A stretch of 63,032 bases of DNA, the filler included, from Stramenopiles sp. TOSAG23-6 (taxonomy: Eukaryota), in assembly GCA_900128565.1 (NCBI GenBank). It is 12 parts of 12 records of this genome, joined end to end, with 100 filler letters (N's around TTAATTAATTAA, not from the genome) between each part and the next. Parts side by side here need not be neighbours in the genome. Positions count along the whole stretch, not along the records: positions 32,743 to 40,798 come from LT636478.1; positions 40,899 to 48,944 come from LT636479.1; 10 more parts are not named here. One strand, 5' to 3'. The number at the start of each line of letters is the position of its first letter. The first letter of the stretch is position 1. Both the position numbers and the translations under genes were made by a program. The notes beneath the pieces are model-generated. The model was given only the letters and a program-made list of their open reading frames with translations. It did no database searches and was not told where the DNA came from. Below are positions 33,577-46,251 of this stretch, one piece after another.

Positions 33577-36500
33577 ATGAGTGCAAATGGAAGACACATA
33601 CTGGAAAAATATTCACGTCAAAGTCACGAAGGTAGCCTTGAGCATCGTCCTGCAAGCATCACTGAAAATGCGGCTATGAATAGAAGCCGTAACACTTCCC
33701 TTGGGCGACCTTGTAGATTGCGCAGGGCTTCGTCAGCTGGTAGTGTCCGGAAAAATGCTGATTTACCTCCTCGTCCAATACGCAGGCGTAGTATATCATC
33801 TCCTAGATGTACACGAGCAGCAGCACAGTCAGCCATGCGTCGTGTGAGTCTGAATAGTGAACTCAATGGTGGTAGACGATCCACACTACGCCGACGCATC
33901 AGCGATCCAACTACATCTTTACGAAAAGGTGCACGTGGAAGCTCAGCATATATCTCACAAAGCAGGGACAGTAGTATTTCAAAACAATCAACGATGTATC
34001 GTTCAAATAGTGGTAGCTCTCTTCTTTCTCTTGCACTGAGTAATAGATCTTCAATTAGTAAAGGGCACCCAAAAAAGAAAATAACTTCGAAGGTTGATAA
34101 AAATAGTATAGTACAAGAACCAAAAAAAAAAAAAAGAGGATTGCAAATGCCAAAAGGTCTTACTCTAGATTTTGCTTCTCTAGCCTCAACAACCTCCAAT
34201 AATGGCTTAGGAGTAGCTATAGATAGTCCTCAATCTCGAACGTCGTTTGCCGAAAGTACCCCTAGATCTCGAGGATCTTGGGCCGGGTCAACTCCGAGAC
34301 GATTCATGTATGTTTTATTTTTTTTCAAATTCCAAATTTTTTTTCGTACGAAATTTTGTACGTAACAAATTTAAGTTTTTTTTTTTTGAAATATTTTTCC
34401 AAAATACATGAGTGAAATTTCCTACTCTTCTTCTGATACAAATGAAGAAGATCTTTCATCACTCTGTCGTACAGCGGACTTAGAAGACGCCAATAATAGT
34501 GATTTGTCAGGAATTCTTCTATTACCATTGAAATTGATTCACAACAGAAACAAAAAACACGAAAACATTTTGTCTAGTGATGATGACGAGATAACCAATA
34601 CTGATTTTCCAGATGCACCTAATCTTATGAAACTACCAAGTATTGAGTATGAAAATGAATGCGATGGTGAAAGAAATCGACAAGATTATATATCATTTCC
34701 TGTAACTGATGGTATGGTGCCTCCTATATTAGCCACTAGTCGAAGTTTGCCATTATCATTAAACCCTAAAAACACGAAAATTACAGATAAAAAAAGAAGA
34801 TGTAGTCAAATAGCAAAAACTCGTGAACGACGATCTTTGTCTGGAGGTCGCAGATCGAAACGGTCAAGTAGATCTAGATCTAGGCGAAGTTCATTGAATG
34901 GACATAGAAGTTCTTTTATTTCGTGTGCGCTCTCAAAGAATGGTACTGTACATTCCGATGCAGGTATAAGTATATCGGAAGCAGGTATTACAAAAATAAG
35001 TATACCTAATAAAATTCCTGGACGCCAGCAACGATACATTGCTAGAAGAGGATCAAAAGATCCTAGATATGACCCAAGAAAAGAAATGAAAAAAGCCGAG
35101 GATGAATTTCTTGTACTAGAAAATATAGGTCGAGGTGCAAGTGCAGTAGTGTATAAAGCAGTAGATTTACATACTCTTCGATTAGTCGCTATAAAGAGAT
35201 TGGATGCATGTTTTCAATTCATTCATTTTTGTTTTTTTTTCGTACGAAATTTCATACCTAACAAAAACAAAATCAAATTTTTGAAATTTTTGAAATATTT
35301 TTTACGATATATGCAACTGATTCAGAACAAATGTCTCAGCTAATGGTAGAATTGAATGCGTTAAAATGCAATTTACAATCATGTGTAAGTACCCAGGAAA
35401 CACCTTGCTCCAATTCGGAGTGCTCTCTGAGACAGATGTATGTTTTATTTTTTTTCAAATTCGAATTTTTTTTTCGTACGGAATTTTGTACCTAACAAAT
35501 TTAAGGTTTTTTTTTTTTCAAATATTTTTCCAAAAAGCATACATGATTCCCCCCGTAAAGTAAACGATTCTAATTCAAATAACCTAAATAACTCTAATTC
35601 AAATAACCTAAATAGCTCAAATAGTGTTCACAACCCTAATTCAAATAACTCAATTAAGTCAAATAATTCAAATAATCTTCACAATGATACAAAAAATGAA
35701 TCTGAAATAGCAGAAAATTCATATGGAAATTTGCATGTATCAAAAAGATCAATAGTTCAATCTACAATGTCTAGTTCATCTTTAACAAAAAGATCAATAG
35801 TTCAATCTACAATGTCTAGTTCATCTTTAACAAAGTCTTCGCCATGGTCTGTAGGTAATATTCGACAAGCATTTGGCAATGCGTTTACTAAAACTAGCAG
35901 TGCTTTAGGTAGGAAATTTGGAACGGGTATGTCAATCCCAAATTTATTTCTAAATAAAACTGGTCGTGGACATTCAATTCGCAGATGCTCAATTTGTGAA
36001 GCTGTGTTTTGTGGAACTTGTAAAAGCTTACAGATGATTTCATTGGGTAATCATCTTTGGGTGTGCAAAGACAATTGCAGGCATACGGAGAAAATTCGAA
36101 GAGAAAATTCTGATGTATGCGCCAATTTAGTTAAAATACATGATGCATATTTGGATCATAATACAGGGAAGGCGTCCATTGTGATGGAATTGATGGATCT
36201 TGGATCACTTGAAGATTTAATGCCACGTCAAAAGCGAAATACTCTTGCAGGAAAAACAAAACGAAATAGTCAAATTTTAGAAAAAACACTAAAAAACAAT
36301 ACTGATATAAATGATATAAACAAAAACAAAGAAGATACTAAAATGAAAAACTTCAAATTTTCTGAAGGTTTACTTTCCTTAATTGCTTTACATGTCTTAC
36401 GAGGTCTCTCCTTTCTCCATGATGAAATGAAAATTGTTCATAGGGATGTATGTTTTAGTTTTTTTAATTTCGAATTTATTTTTTTTTCGTACGAAATATT

Positions 36501-37736
36501 GTACCTAACAAATTTTAGTTTTTATTTTTGAAAATATTTTTCCAAAATACATGTAAAGCCTGCTAATATATTATTAAATAGTCTAGGTATATTTAAACTT
36601 GCGGATTTAGGTATTGCAGGAGGTGGCCATGAAGAAGAAGTTGATTCCATCTGTAATGATATAAAGTTGAATGAACAAGTAGGAACGAAAGCATATATGA
36701 GCCCTGAGCGAATTCGGGGGGGAGAAAGTACGTATGGTTTTGCATCTGATGTATGGTATGTTTTATTTTTTTTCAATTTCGAATTTATTATTTTTTCGTA
36801 CTAAATTTCGTACGTAACAAATTTTACATTTTTTTTTCACAATATAGGTCTTTTGGTCTTTCTCTTCTCGCTTGTGCTAATGGTCATCATCCAATTGATG
36901 AAGGTAGTTTCTTCTCCATCATGAACGCTATTTGTTATGCTCCTTCTCCTGTGCCCAATAAGGGGTTTTCAAGTGAATTTTGTGACTTTATAAGCCTCTG
37001 TCTCAAAAAAGATCCAAAATTACGACCACCAGCTCGAGCTCTTTTACGCCATCCATTTGTGGCGGGAAAGAAACGTCGTGCTATGCATTTGCGAGCTTTA
37101 GTTGCATTTCATAAATATCATGATACATCGAGACTCGAAGATCTTCGAAGAATTGCGAGTGAAGTCTTAGACTATCACGTAAAAGCTGCCCTAAAACAAA
37201 GCAAAAACGAAACTCATATTCCTCGAATGAACAGTCTCACGCGTAGTAGAATTCGTGCAAGGACACAAAGTGTCGGGTTTCAAGGTAGTATACATTGTAC
37301 TTTAAGTAATGATGTTAGTAGTAAGAATGGAGTTGATAACACCAAGTATGAACCGTCCACCGATACATCGAGTGACGAAGATGAAACATGTCCTCATTCA
37401 CCTAGACTTGTTGCTCCTTTGCCACACTTTAATGAAGGTAGTTTATTATGCCTTGCAGAACAACTGCGTCTGAATGTTTGTACTGTATTTGATGTGTTTG
37501 AACGAGAACGAAGCCTCGCAAGCGAAAGGCTGCGGAGGAAGGTAAATGTATGTTTTATTTTGTTTCAAATTCGAAATTTGTTTTCGTACGAAATTCTGTA
37601 CCTAACGATTTTTTTTTTCAAATATTTTTCCAAAATACATTCTTCCCGGTCTCTTCAGAAAGCGATAGCACTTTTTCATGCATCAGAGGAATCAAACAAC
37701 CCAAAAATATTGCGCCTTCGTTCACAACAATTGTGA
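33577..37736 (+). CDS. MAP2K (STE7)-like kinase with long N-terminus; introns 34308-34409, 35206-35312, 35438-35540, 36448-36552, 36756-36847, 37548-37640
   Basis: IGRGASAVV, VAIK, IVMELMDLGSL, IVHRD|VKPANIL, VGTKAYMSPERI, SDVW|SFGLSL. Confidence 0.9.
36448..36552 (+). mobile_element. Representative GT-AT introner splitting the kinase catalytic loop
   Basis: gat|GTATG...AATACAT|gta aag cct gives HRDVKPANIL. Confidence 0.92.
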
Positions 37737-38101
37737 TAATATTGGATTTTTGTATTTCATTGAATGTACAAGATGTGTGTAATAAAAGAAATAGATCTAA
37801 ATTTATTGACGTTTTTTAATCATTTTACTGAATTTATGAATTTCTGATATGCGTATTATATTTTAGTATGTATTCAGTTGAGGGTTAGTGAAAACTAATA
37901 TGGATCTAAATAATCACAACAAAAATGCTGCGATAAATAATACAACAATTGAACAAATAAGTTTCTTCTCGTTAAATTCATGGGTGCTTCTGACAAAAAA
38001 AACACGAAAAGAAGAAGAATGCCGAATAAATGTAACTGTAGGACTACTTGGACATATAAATTCCAATACCATACCGTACATATCGATGCTTATCCTTCAA
38101 G

Positions 38102-38764
38102 ATGCATCATTCAGATGTGTATTATCAGTGGTTTCACACGAGCCAACCAGAATGCTCTCCAAATAATCATATTAGAATAGTATACCATACCAAACAATCC
38201 AAAAAAGGTGATAGGTTATTACCAGAATTGACTTGGCTTCCGTGTAGTAAAGATGATTTTACTAGAATTTTACAATTAGCAGAGCCGCTGAGAAACCCGA
38301 TATGGGAAAATTTTGTGCTAAGTCGACCAAAAGTGGGAGATCGTATACAAGCGCTTATTGCTACTAATTTTCCAAAATTGCATATCAATGTGGTAACTAG
38401 ACATATATCTAAAAAATCTTGTGGAGTGCGACAGATGTTCTGGGAATTTAGGTTGTCTCTCCGACCAGGTCGGGTATTGAAGCTACAATGCCCAGCTGTT
38501 TATAAAGATGGAGTAAAGACAAAACTTAGAACAAATGAGGGTTTTGAAGTTCAAATGTGTATTCCTCCAGGTACTCAGCCTGGCCATGAATTTGAGATCC
38601 ATATGGAGGGACAACACGGAGTTATATATGCAGATGAGATTGAAATGAATGACCCAAACTTGGACGAGGGCGAAGAGGGGAAAGGTTTCCCTTTGATACT
38701 TGCTGTTTTAATTTTATTAATAGTTGTCGGCCTTGCTGTGGGTTCCGCAGTAGAAAGAAATTAA
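38102..38764 (+). CDS. Hypothetical tail-anchored membrane protein
   Basis: C-terminal TM and an IPPGTQPGHEF motif; the start is uncertain. Confidence 0.5.
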   Translation: MHHSDVYYQWFHTSQPECSPNNHIRIVYHTKQSKKGDRLLPELTWLPCSKDDFTRILQLAEPLRNPIWENFVLSRPKVGDRIQALIATNFPKLHINVVTRHISKKSCGVRQMFWEFRLSLRPGRVLKLQCPAVYKDGVKTKLRTNEGFEVQMCIPPGTQPGHEFEIHMEGQHGVIYADEIEMNDPNLDEGEEGKGFPLILAVLILLIVVGLAVGSAVERN

Positions 38765-38802
38765 AAAATATCAATATATTTATTGGAAAATATCACAACA
38801 AT

Positions 38803-40701
38803 TTACGAATTTCCTAACGCCTTTGAGGCCAAAAGTTTTCCCTTCACACTAACGCTCTTCTTTTTCCTTCTTTTAGCTCGCTGTATACTTGCTCTGTTAT
38901 TCTTTTGTGGTAAATTTGGTTTCTGCTGATAATTCACACTACGTCGTTTATTGGGTATTGGAGGTCTACCAGATGATCCAATATCAGGTATAGTTTTCAT
39001 AAGATCATCTTTTTGTTTTAAGCCATTCTTCAATTTTGGCTTGATCATAGGCGGGTTTTGACCAGAATTTGTCCTACCAATCACAGTATTACTACGACCG
39101 CGGCTATATTGTATGACACTACCACTTCTAGCACGAGAATCATCGATAACACCATCTAATCCTGGAGCAAGTGTACACTCTTTCGCTAGCTGTAATGCAT
39201 CTATAAATACTTCCAACATTCCAGTCCTAGGAAAGACAATTTCGTAGGGTCTTTGACCCGTTGAAGGGTCAAAAATAACTTTACAAGATTTTGCATCTTT
39301 GGGCTCAGCAAATAATATAGTATTAATTCGATGGATCTTTCCAATATCAGTTCCATCATAAGTTGTTAAAGTTGCTTTTCGTTTATTAAATTCAAGACGT
39401 CGACTTTGCTTGAAACCAAATTTATCTACTTTACATACATTAAATTCAGAGATACCACCAACATAATTACCTGGGTTTTTTGGAGGAGTTAGAGGACGAC
39501 TAGGCTCGCATATATTTTGAAAAAATATTTTGAATCCGAAATTTGTTAGGTACAAAGTTTGGTACAAAAAACATTAGGTAAAAATTTCAATTTTGAAAAC
39601 ATACTATTATGTGCCCACATTGATGAAAAATCTTGAACAAATCCACGAATACTTGCACGAAATCCACTACTTTTTTGAGTAGGTACATCTTCAATGCTGT
39701 CTTCATCTCCATTCTCTTTATTTTCATCTGAACTTTTATGATCGTCTCCTCGAAATGTTTCAATGACTTTTTGACCCCATATATTGTGAAAAAATATTTT
39801 TTTTTTCGTAAAAAAAAAAAAAAGTTAGGTACATAATTTTCTTACTAAAAAAAAAGTTAAATTTTTGAAATTTAAAACGTTCATGTTAATTGGTTAAAGT
39901 GTTCCTCATCAGCGATACGCTGCTTTTCTTCAGCAGCTCTCATTGCAGCTAAAGTTGCCTCCATTTGCTTCCGTAACTCATCTGAATGTTTCACACTTTC
40001 ATTGACAGCATCGGCAGTTTTAATAATTTGATCAAGGGCAACAACCAATTTTGGATGATCTTTATGAGTTTCTGAAGTATTTTTTAGTAGTTCGGCAACT
40101 AGTAGCCGATATCGTGGTATTCTTTGAACGGGTTGAATTAACAGATCCATAAGACGTTGTCCATGAAGTCTTGGATCTGCATGAGTTTTTTCCAGGAATC
40201 TTTTGAATTTTTTTTTACGACGGGAAAAATCAGCAAGATCTTTAGCACATATAGTAAAATTATTAATATATCTCATATACATTTTAAAATATGGAGCAAA
40301 TGATATGAAAAGACCTCCAAGCTCAGACTTGGCATTCCAAAGCAACATCGTCCGTGTAAGATCATCGAGAAACTGTTCATTTACAGTAACAATATGTTCA
40401 ATACCATGAAATATTTTTGCCATTTTACGCTGAGATAAAATGGTACCCTGGGCAGCCTTTAACGGATTGATAAATAAATCAACGACTAATCTGATATTTG
40501 ATACATATGAATGTTCAGTAGCAAAAATTTCTAGTGCAATTTTTGATCGTTTTGATTTCATTTTTTCTAATTTTCGTTGCGCTTTTATTTGTTCACTTGT
40601 TGCTTTCCGTGATAAATTATATTTTTTTCGATGATTTTCGACTTTACCATTAATTTTCTGTATAATTCTATTAGGAAGGCCTCGGGTGTCATTGGGTACA
40701 C
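38803..40701 (-). CDS. RhoGEF (DH) plus PH-like domain protein, 5' truncated; introns 39779-39882 and 39510-39604
   Basis: EIFATEHSYV and LLIQPVQRIPRYRLL are DH hallmarks. Confidence 0.9.
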
Positions 40702-40957
40702 ATGTATTTTGGAAAAATATTTCAAAAAAAAAAACTAAAAAAAATTGTTAGGTACAAAATTTCCTATAAAAAAAAAATTCATAAAAAAAAAAAAAAAANN
40801 NNNNNNNNNNNNNNNNNNNNNNNNNNNNNNNNNNNNNNNNNNTTAATTAATTAANNNNNNNNNNNNNNNNNNNNNNNNNNNNNNNNNNNNNNNNNNNNCG
40901 AAATTTTGTACCTAACAATTTTTTTAGATTTTTTTGAAATATTTTTCCAAAATACAT

Positions 40958-41333
40958 TCAACATTAAATCGTGGAAACCAAATGAATCTGAAGTTAGAGA
41001 AAGTACGTTTTCATCATTTAAAAAAAAAAAAAAAATATTTCGTACGAAATTTTGTACCTAACAATTTTTTTTTTTTTAAATATTTTTCACTATACTTCTC
41101 TTGAACAACGATTACACCAACATGAAGACAAAGGTGTAGTGTCTGGCGATGAAAATGTTGAAATTGAGCAAATTGAAAAAGTTGTGCAAGAAAGTATTAC
41201 TAAAAGTTTTGGTTCCAATGGTCAATATTGGAAAGATTTAGGTATAGAAGAAGAGAAAACACGAAATCAAGTTGCTGATTCGATTTTTGCTTCTCTTATA
41301 GACGATGTGGTGAAAAATCTTCAATTGAAATAA
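40958..41333 (+). CDS. C-terminal exons of a DUF4378-like protein
   Basis: WKDLGIEEEKTRNQVADSIFASLIDDVV pattern. Confidence 0.5.
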
Positions 41334-41380
41334 AAAAAAAAGTATCGAAATTTCAACTTTATTTTTCTATATAAGCGTCT

Positions 41381-42184
41381 TTATCTTGTTTTTATAGCCA
41401 TTTCACTAATAGTAGACACATCACCTCGAGTAGTAAAACTTATGTTAGAGTTATTAGGGTTAATATCAGGCACATCACCTCGAGTAGTAAAACTTATGTT
41501 AGAGTTATTAGGGTTAGGGTTAATATCAGACACATCACCTCGAGTAAAACTTAGAACGAATCCCCAAATAGTCCCACATGTAATTTTGGGAAAATATTTC
41601 AAAAAAAAAATCAAAATTTGTTAGGTACAAAATTTCGTACGAAAAAAAAATAGGTAAAAAAATCATGATGAAAACGTACCCGCACTTAAAAAGGGTATAC
41701 GATATCTAATTGGAATGAATCGAAAATTGATGAAATGAAGAGGCACAAAAATAAGAAAACAATTTCTTACATCCAACATGACATTTTCCAGATATCTATT
41801 TTTTGCAAGCTGTATTTGTTGACTTATTTTAGAGAAAAACACAGGCGGAGTAGCAACTACCATTTGTTGTACTATATAGTATAAAGGTAAATAAACAGAC
41901 GGTGTTTGCACAAGGACATCAAAAACAGCAGTTGCCAATGGGCCCTGCTTTGCCCATGGGTATAACTTTGTGTATACAAAATGTCCAGGTCCACCACCAT
42001 ACAGTGCACCAAATAAACCAAAAATCAACAACCGGGTGTAACAAAACTTTTTATCAGGATCTTTACGAGTTTGATAAAATTGTACTATTCCGTCACCAAT
42101 TAAATACCGACCAGACATTGAAGCGGCGGACGTAATCACTCGATGACGCCCCGCAAAGCGATGTAAACGTGAGAAAAGATACAT
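41381..42184 (-). CDS. Mpv17/PMP22-family membrane protein; intron 41578-41679; tandem-repeat C-terminal tail
   Basis: GDGIVQ, FINFRFIPIRYRIPFLSA|GGTIWGFVLS. Confidence 0.85.
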
Positions 42185-42741
42185 ATAGAATTGTTTAGGA
42201 GTTCTAATACTAAGTTTCTCTCAAGTAGTAGGTTATGTATGTGTTCCTTGATGACTTGTTGCAACAGTAAACAGACTATATATTCTTGAAGAGATCTATT
42301 GAAAATATAACAAATACGGCATTACGGGGAAGTATCCGAAATAAAGACTAGGACTTTGAAACCCTCACTAATTTCTCTTTCTATTATCTAAATAGTGAGC
42401 ACAGAGAAGAAATGCAAAAGCCAAAGGTAATAATGAGAATATGCGCAATAGCTACCGGTAGAAGAAGTAGAACTCGACGAGTACACAAGTAGCAAAACTT
42501 GTCAAATTTAAAAAAAAAAAACACTGTCAAAAAAAACCCTAACCCTAATCCTATATTTGAAAATTTGAAAAATTTTACGATTCTCCGAGGATTTCGATGA
42601 AAATATCTTTCTTTTGCAAAAAAACAGAGAAAGATAGATTTAGAGAGTTTCTTTCCACATTATTCATTGACTTTTATTCTTTTTTCGAGTAAATTCTTGA
42701 ACAATGTGTTCGTGAAATTAGTTCATTAATTATATTTTTCA

Positions 42742-45700
42742 ATGGGAGCTGCTTTTTCATCACCGGATGATTTGAATCTTTCTGCTCAAAATGAAAAAAT
42801 TGACCAGGAGCATTTTGTTGCGGAATTGTTTGACTCTCGTGTTATATTTCCAGCCTCTTCAATTCAGCTCATGGGTAAAATTGGAGCTGGAAATTCAGGT
42901 CAAGTTATGCAAGGTGAGCTTGATGGAATGCCTTGTGCTCTAAAACTCACGAATGATCTATGGTTTAGTGGTCTCAGAGATGAGAGTGCTATGGACTCTT
43001 TCCGACGAGAGGTTAAAATACTCCTCACTGCTTCACACCCTAATGTGTTACGTTTGTACGGCGTGACACTACTCCAAGAATCTGCTGGCACACAACCAGA
43101 TAATGATAATCTAGTAAAAGAACAAAAACTGTATATGGTTACAGAACTATGCGTGACTTCGTTAGCTGCAGAAATAACTACACATCGCAAAAAACTCGAT
43201 GCCTCAGGCGCTGCGAAGAACGTGTTAACGAAATATCACTTTAAGAAAGATCGACTTCTAAAATGGATGAACCAAGTAAGCTCTGCACTAGCATATCTAC
43301 ATCGACTTCGACTTTTGCACGGCGATATCAAACCGGACAATGTTTTAGTAGATCACGTACGTTTTTATTATGAATTTCAGTTTTTTTTTGTATGAAATTT
43401 TGTACCTAACCAAAAAAACTTTTTTTTTTCCTAAAAATATTTTTTTACAGTGTAGCTAGATAATATAAAATTATGCGACTTTGGTTTAGCTGGTTGGGTA
43501 TCTCGAAGACGTTCTCACACAATTCACCAAAACAGAGAAAGTCAAAGTAATCGATTTAGTAAAAGATTTAGTGTTCAATCACGAACTATTTTTAATAATA
43601 CTACCAAAAAAGATTTCCAAAATGTTAAAAACAGTTTTGAACAAGAAAAAAAAGATTCAAAAAAATTAGAAAAATTATTACAGATGAATGGATTTGAAAA
43701 CGGAGTCGCAACGTTCCATGTGTGTAAGGATAATAAGTTTGGTGCAAAAAAAGAACGTCGAATAGAAATCGATGTTCTAGATGGCACTTTATCCACATTT
43801 GATGGCCATGTATGTTTTATTTTTTTTCAATTTTTTATCTAAATATTTTTTCGTACGAAATTTTGTACCTAACAAAAATTAAGTTTTTTTTTTTGAAATA
43901 TTGTTCCAAAATACATCATTGTGGGAAAATTCATCCTTGTACTTCGGTGCTAGCAGTGGAACCTCAAAGTATTAATGTATATTTTCATCATTCATTATTT
44001 CAGTTTTTTTTGTAGTGCATTCCGTACCTGACAATCTAACTTTTTTTTTTTTTTTGTGATATATTTTTCAATTTCGAATTTATTTATTTTTTCGTACGAA
44101 ATTCCGTACCTAACAAATTTTACAATGATATATTTTTCAATTTTCATACATGTAAAGTCATTTTTGGTTCTGAATATTATCAACGTCCGTACAAACTAAC
44201 TTTTAATGGTAAATCTGATTTAGAAAGATTTATACATGCATTATCAATCACACAAGATGTGATAAAAAAAAGACGTCGCAAAATTCGAGATAGAGCGCAA
44301 TCTACAAAAATATGTGCTAAACCTCCAATATCAAAAAGAATGGCAAACGGAACAAAACAACAGAATGTATGTTTTATTTTTTTTTCAATTTCGAAGTTTT
44401 TTTTTCGTACGAAATTTTGTACCTAACGAAATTTTTTTTTAAATATTTTTCCAAAATACAGAAGTATACTTCTCAACGGCTGAAAGGAAGAAGGTCTCAA
44501 TTTTCAGTGTCTATCAATAGGGATTATCGAAATGGATTATCAAACAGGAAAAGTGTTGGTTTTATTCCATTAATGGCCGATGGTGTAGTTCAGTTATTTA
44601 GAAATAATCATACAAAAACACCAAATTCACCGAGGTCTATACGGAGGAACCTCCGAAGTGGTAGCTCTGCATGTAAAGTAGACTATATCAATCAAGGCTT
44701 TGGTACATTAGCATTTATGGCCCCAGAATTATTAACACCAAAAGGTACGATCATACCATTTCCCCTCATGGTCGACGTGTGGGGATTTGGAGCATTGATA
44801 TGGTCTCTTGTTATGTTAGATACTGCAGGACCTTTCGGTAATCGTCCAGCGTCAACTGTAAAGATGTTACATGCTCAGGCATGGTTGCCTGAAGTTCCTG
44901 ATTATTATGATGGATTGAGTGGGTCAGACATATTTGTCAATCATAACAATACCAATCTAAAAAATCAAAACAGTTCAGAAGTTCAAAATATATCAGTAGC
45001 GTCTTCAACAAATAATGATATTGAAATAACTGAAAGTGCAAACTCAGGAACTACTGATAGTACTACTGATGATTGTAATTCTTTGTCTATTCGAAGTATA
45101 ATTGAATCTTGTTGGGAAAGGCACCCACTTGATAGGCCTTCTGTTTCAGAAATACAATTAGCTATAACTCAATCGTCCTCTTCTATCGTTGATACTCATA
45201 CTACAAAATCAGATATGTCTAAAAACCCTAACATAAAACCCCAGGAATCCCAGGATTGTTCAAATGCTCCCACAAGGAAGTTCACAACAGATATCTCTTT
45301 GCCAGTTATGACAAACACTAATTCAAATGAAAACAAAGTGTTGACAAAAGAACAAGATCGAAAATCGAGCTATACATTACCTCTACATGAAAACAAAAAA
45401 CAAGTGTATACTTCAAGAAGAACTACAAGTAATGATAAATTGAAAATTAAATGTCAAAGTATGAAATATACCGAAGCTGCAAAAAAGTCTGCTAATCGGA
45501 TACACCGGAGATCAATTGCATTTATGGGGGCAACCATGAGTCATTCTCCTGTTGCAAAGAAGAAACATAAACGAAAATCTTGGGCAGTTCAAGATTTGAC
45601 TGTAGAATCTTTAAATACACCAAATGGTAATTCACGTGCTTCATCCTCTTTGACACAAATTTCTTCAAACCTGAACCCTGACCCTAATGTAAGTTCAAAG

Positions 45701-45823
45701 CTTCCTTGTTATTCAAGTGAAGAAAAAAAATGTGGTTCTGAAGTATTTAACATATTAGTTTCACATTTTAATCTCCCAAGAAAAGAAGCTGCGGCATCAG
45801 TTGCAAATATTTTAGAAATTTGA
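42742..45823 (+). CDS. Tyrosine-kinase-like (TKL) kinase, probably N-myristoylated; introns 43357-43455, 43810-43916, 43977-44147, 44367-44461
   Basis: MGAAFS, IGAGNSGQV, HGDIKPDNVLVDH|LDNIKLCDFG, GTLAFMAPE, DVWGFG, CWERHPLDRPS. Confidence 0.9.
44367..44461 (+). mobile_element. Family member with a canonical AG acceptor
   Basis: aat|GTATG...AATACAG|aag, in frame. Confidence 0.88.
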
Positions 45824-46251
45824 TTTGAAGTTTGTTATTATTATAATAAAAGTTTTTATGAAAAATTTTGGAATTTATTTACTACCTAGGTACCTGATTC
45901 AAAATTTAGTATATGCATCAGATTTGCAGAGCTGTAAAACTTGCAAACTAACAAGAATAAATATGATTTGTGGTGCAAGACGAAAAGCAAGGGTACCAAA
46001 ACGCGACAAAAATACGACGATTGACTTTTATTGTGTAGGACATTTGAAAAAAATAATAAATAACGTTCCGGCGGTTAATCTTTCCTTCTATAGCGCGCCT
46101 AATGTAAGCTAAGAATCACAATTTGCTAAAACTTTATCCGATGACATCCCTCAAGTTTAGATTGATCATCAGCTAGAGTCTTCTGAAATAAATATGAAAA
46201 CCTATTGAGAGACGATCTTTACAGTGTACATAAGTAAATTACTCCAATAGC

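Noticed and set aside
35440-35540. ORF-track peptides such as [17 protein letters not shown] and SYEILYLT recurring in many proteins
   Set aside because: Translations of the intron core in three frames, not a protein domain.
34308-37640. Repeats as a CRISPR array or bacterial REP elements
   Set aside because: Spacing is irregular, the intervening sequences are exons of one eukaryotic kinase, and no cas genes are present.
39881-39883. Stop-codon reassignment to explain broken ORFs
   Set aside because: Internal stops fall within or at the edge of inserts, long exons are open in the standard code, and genes end in TAA, TAG and TGA.
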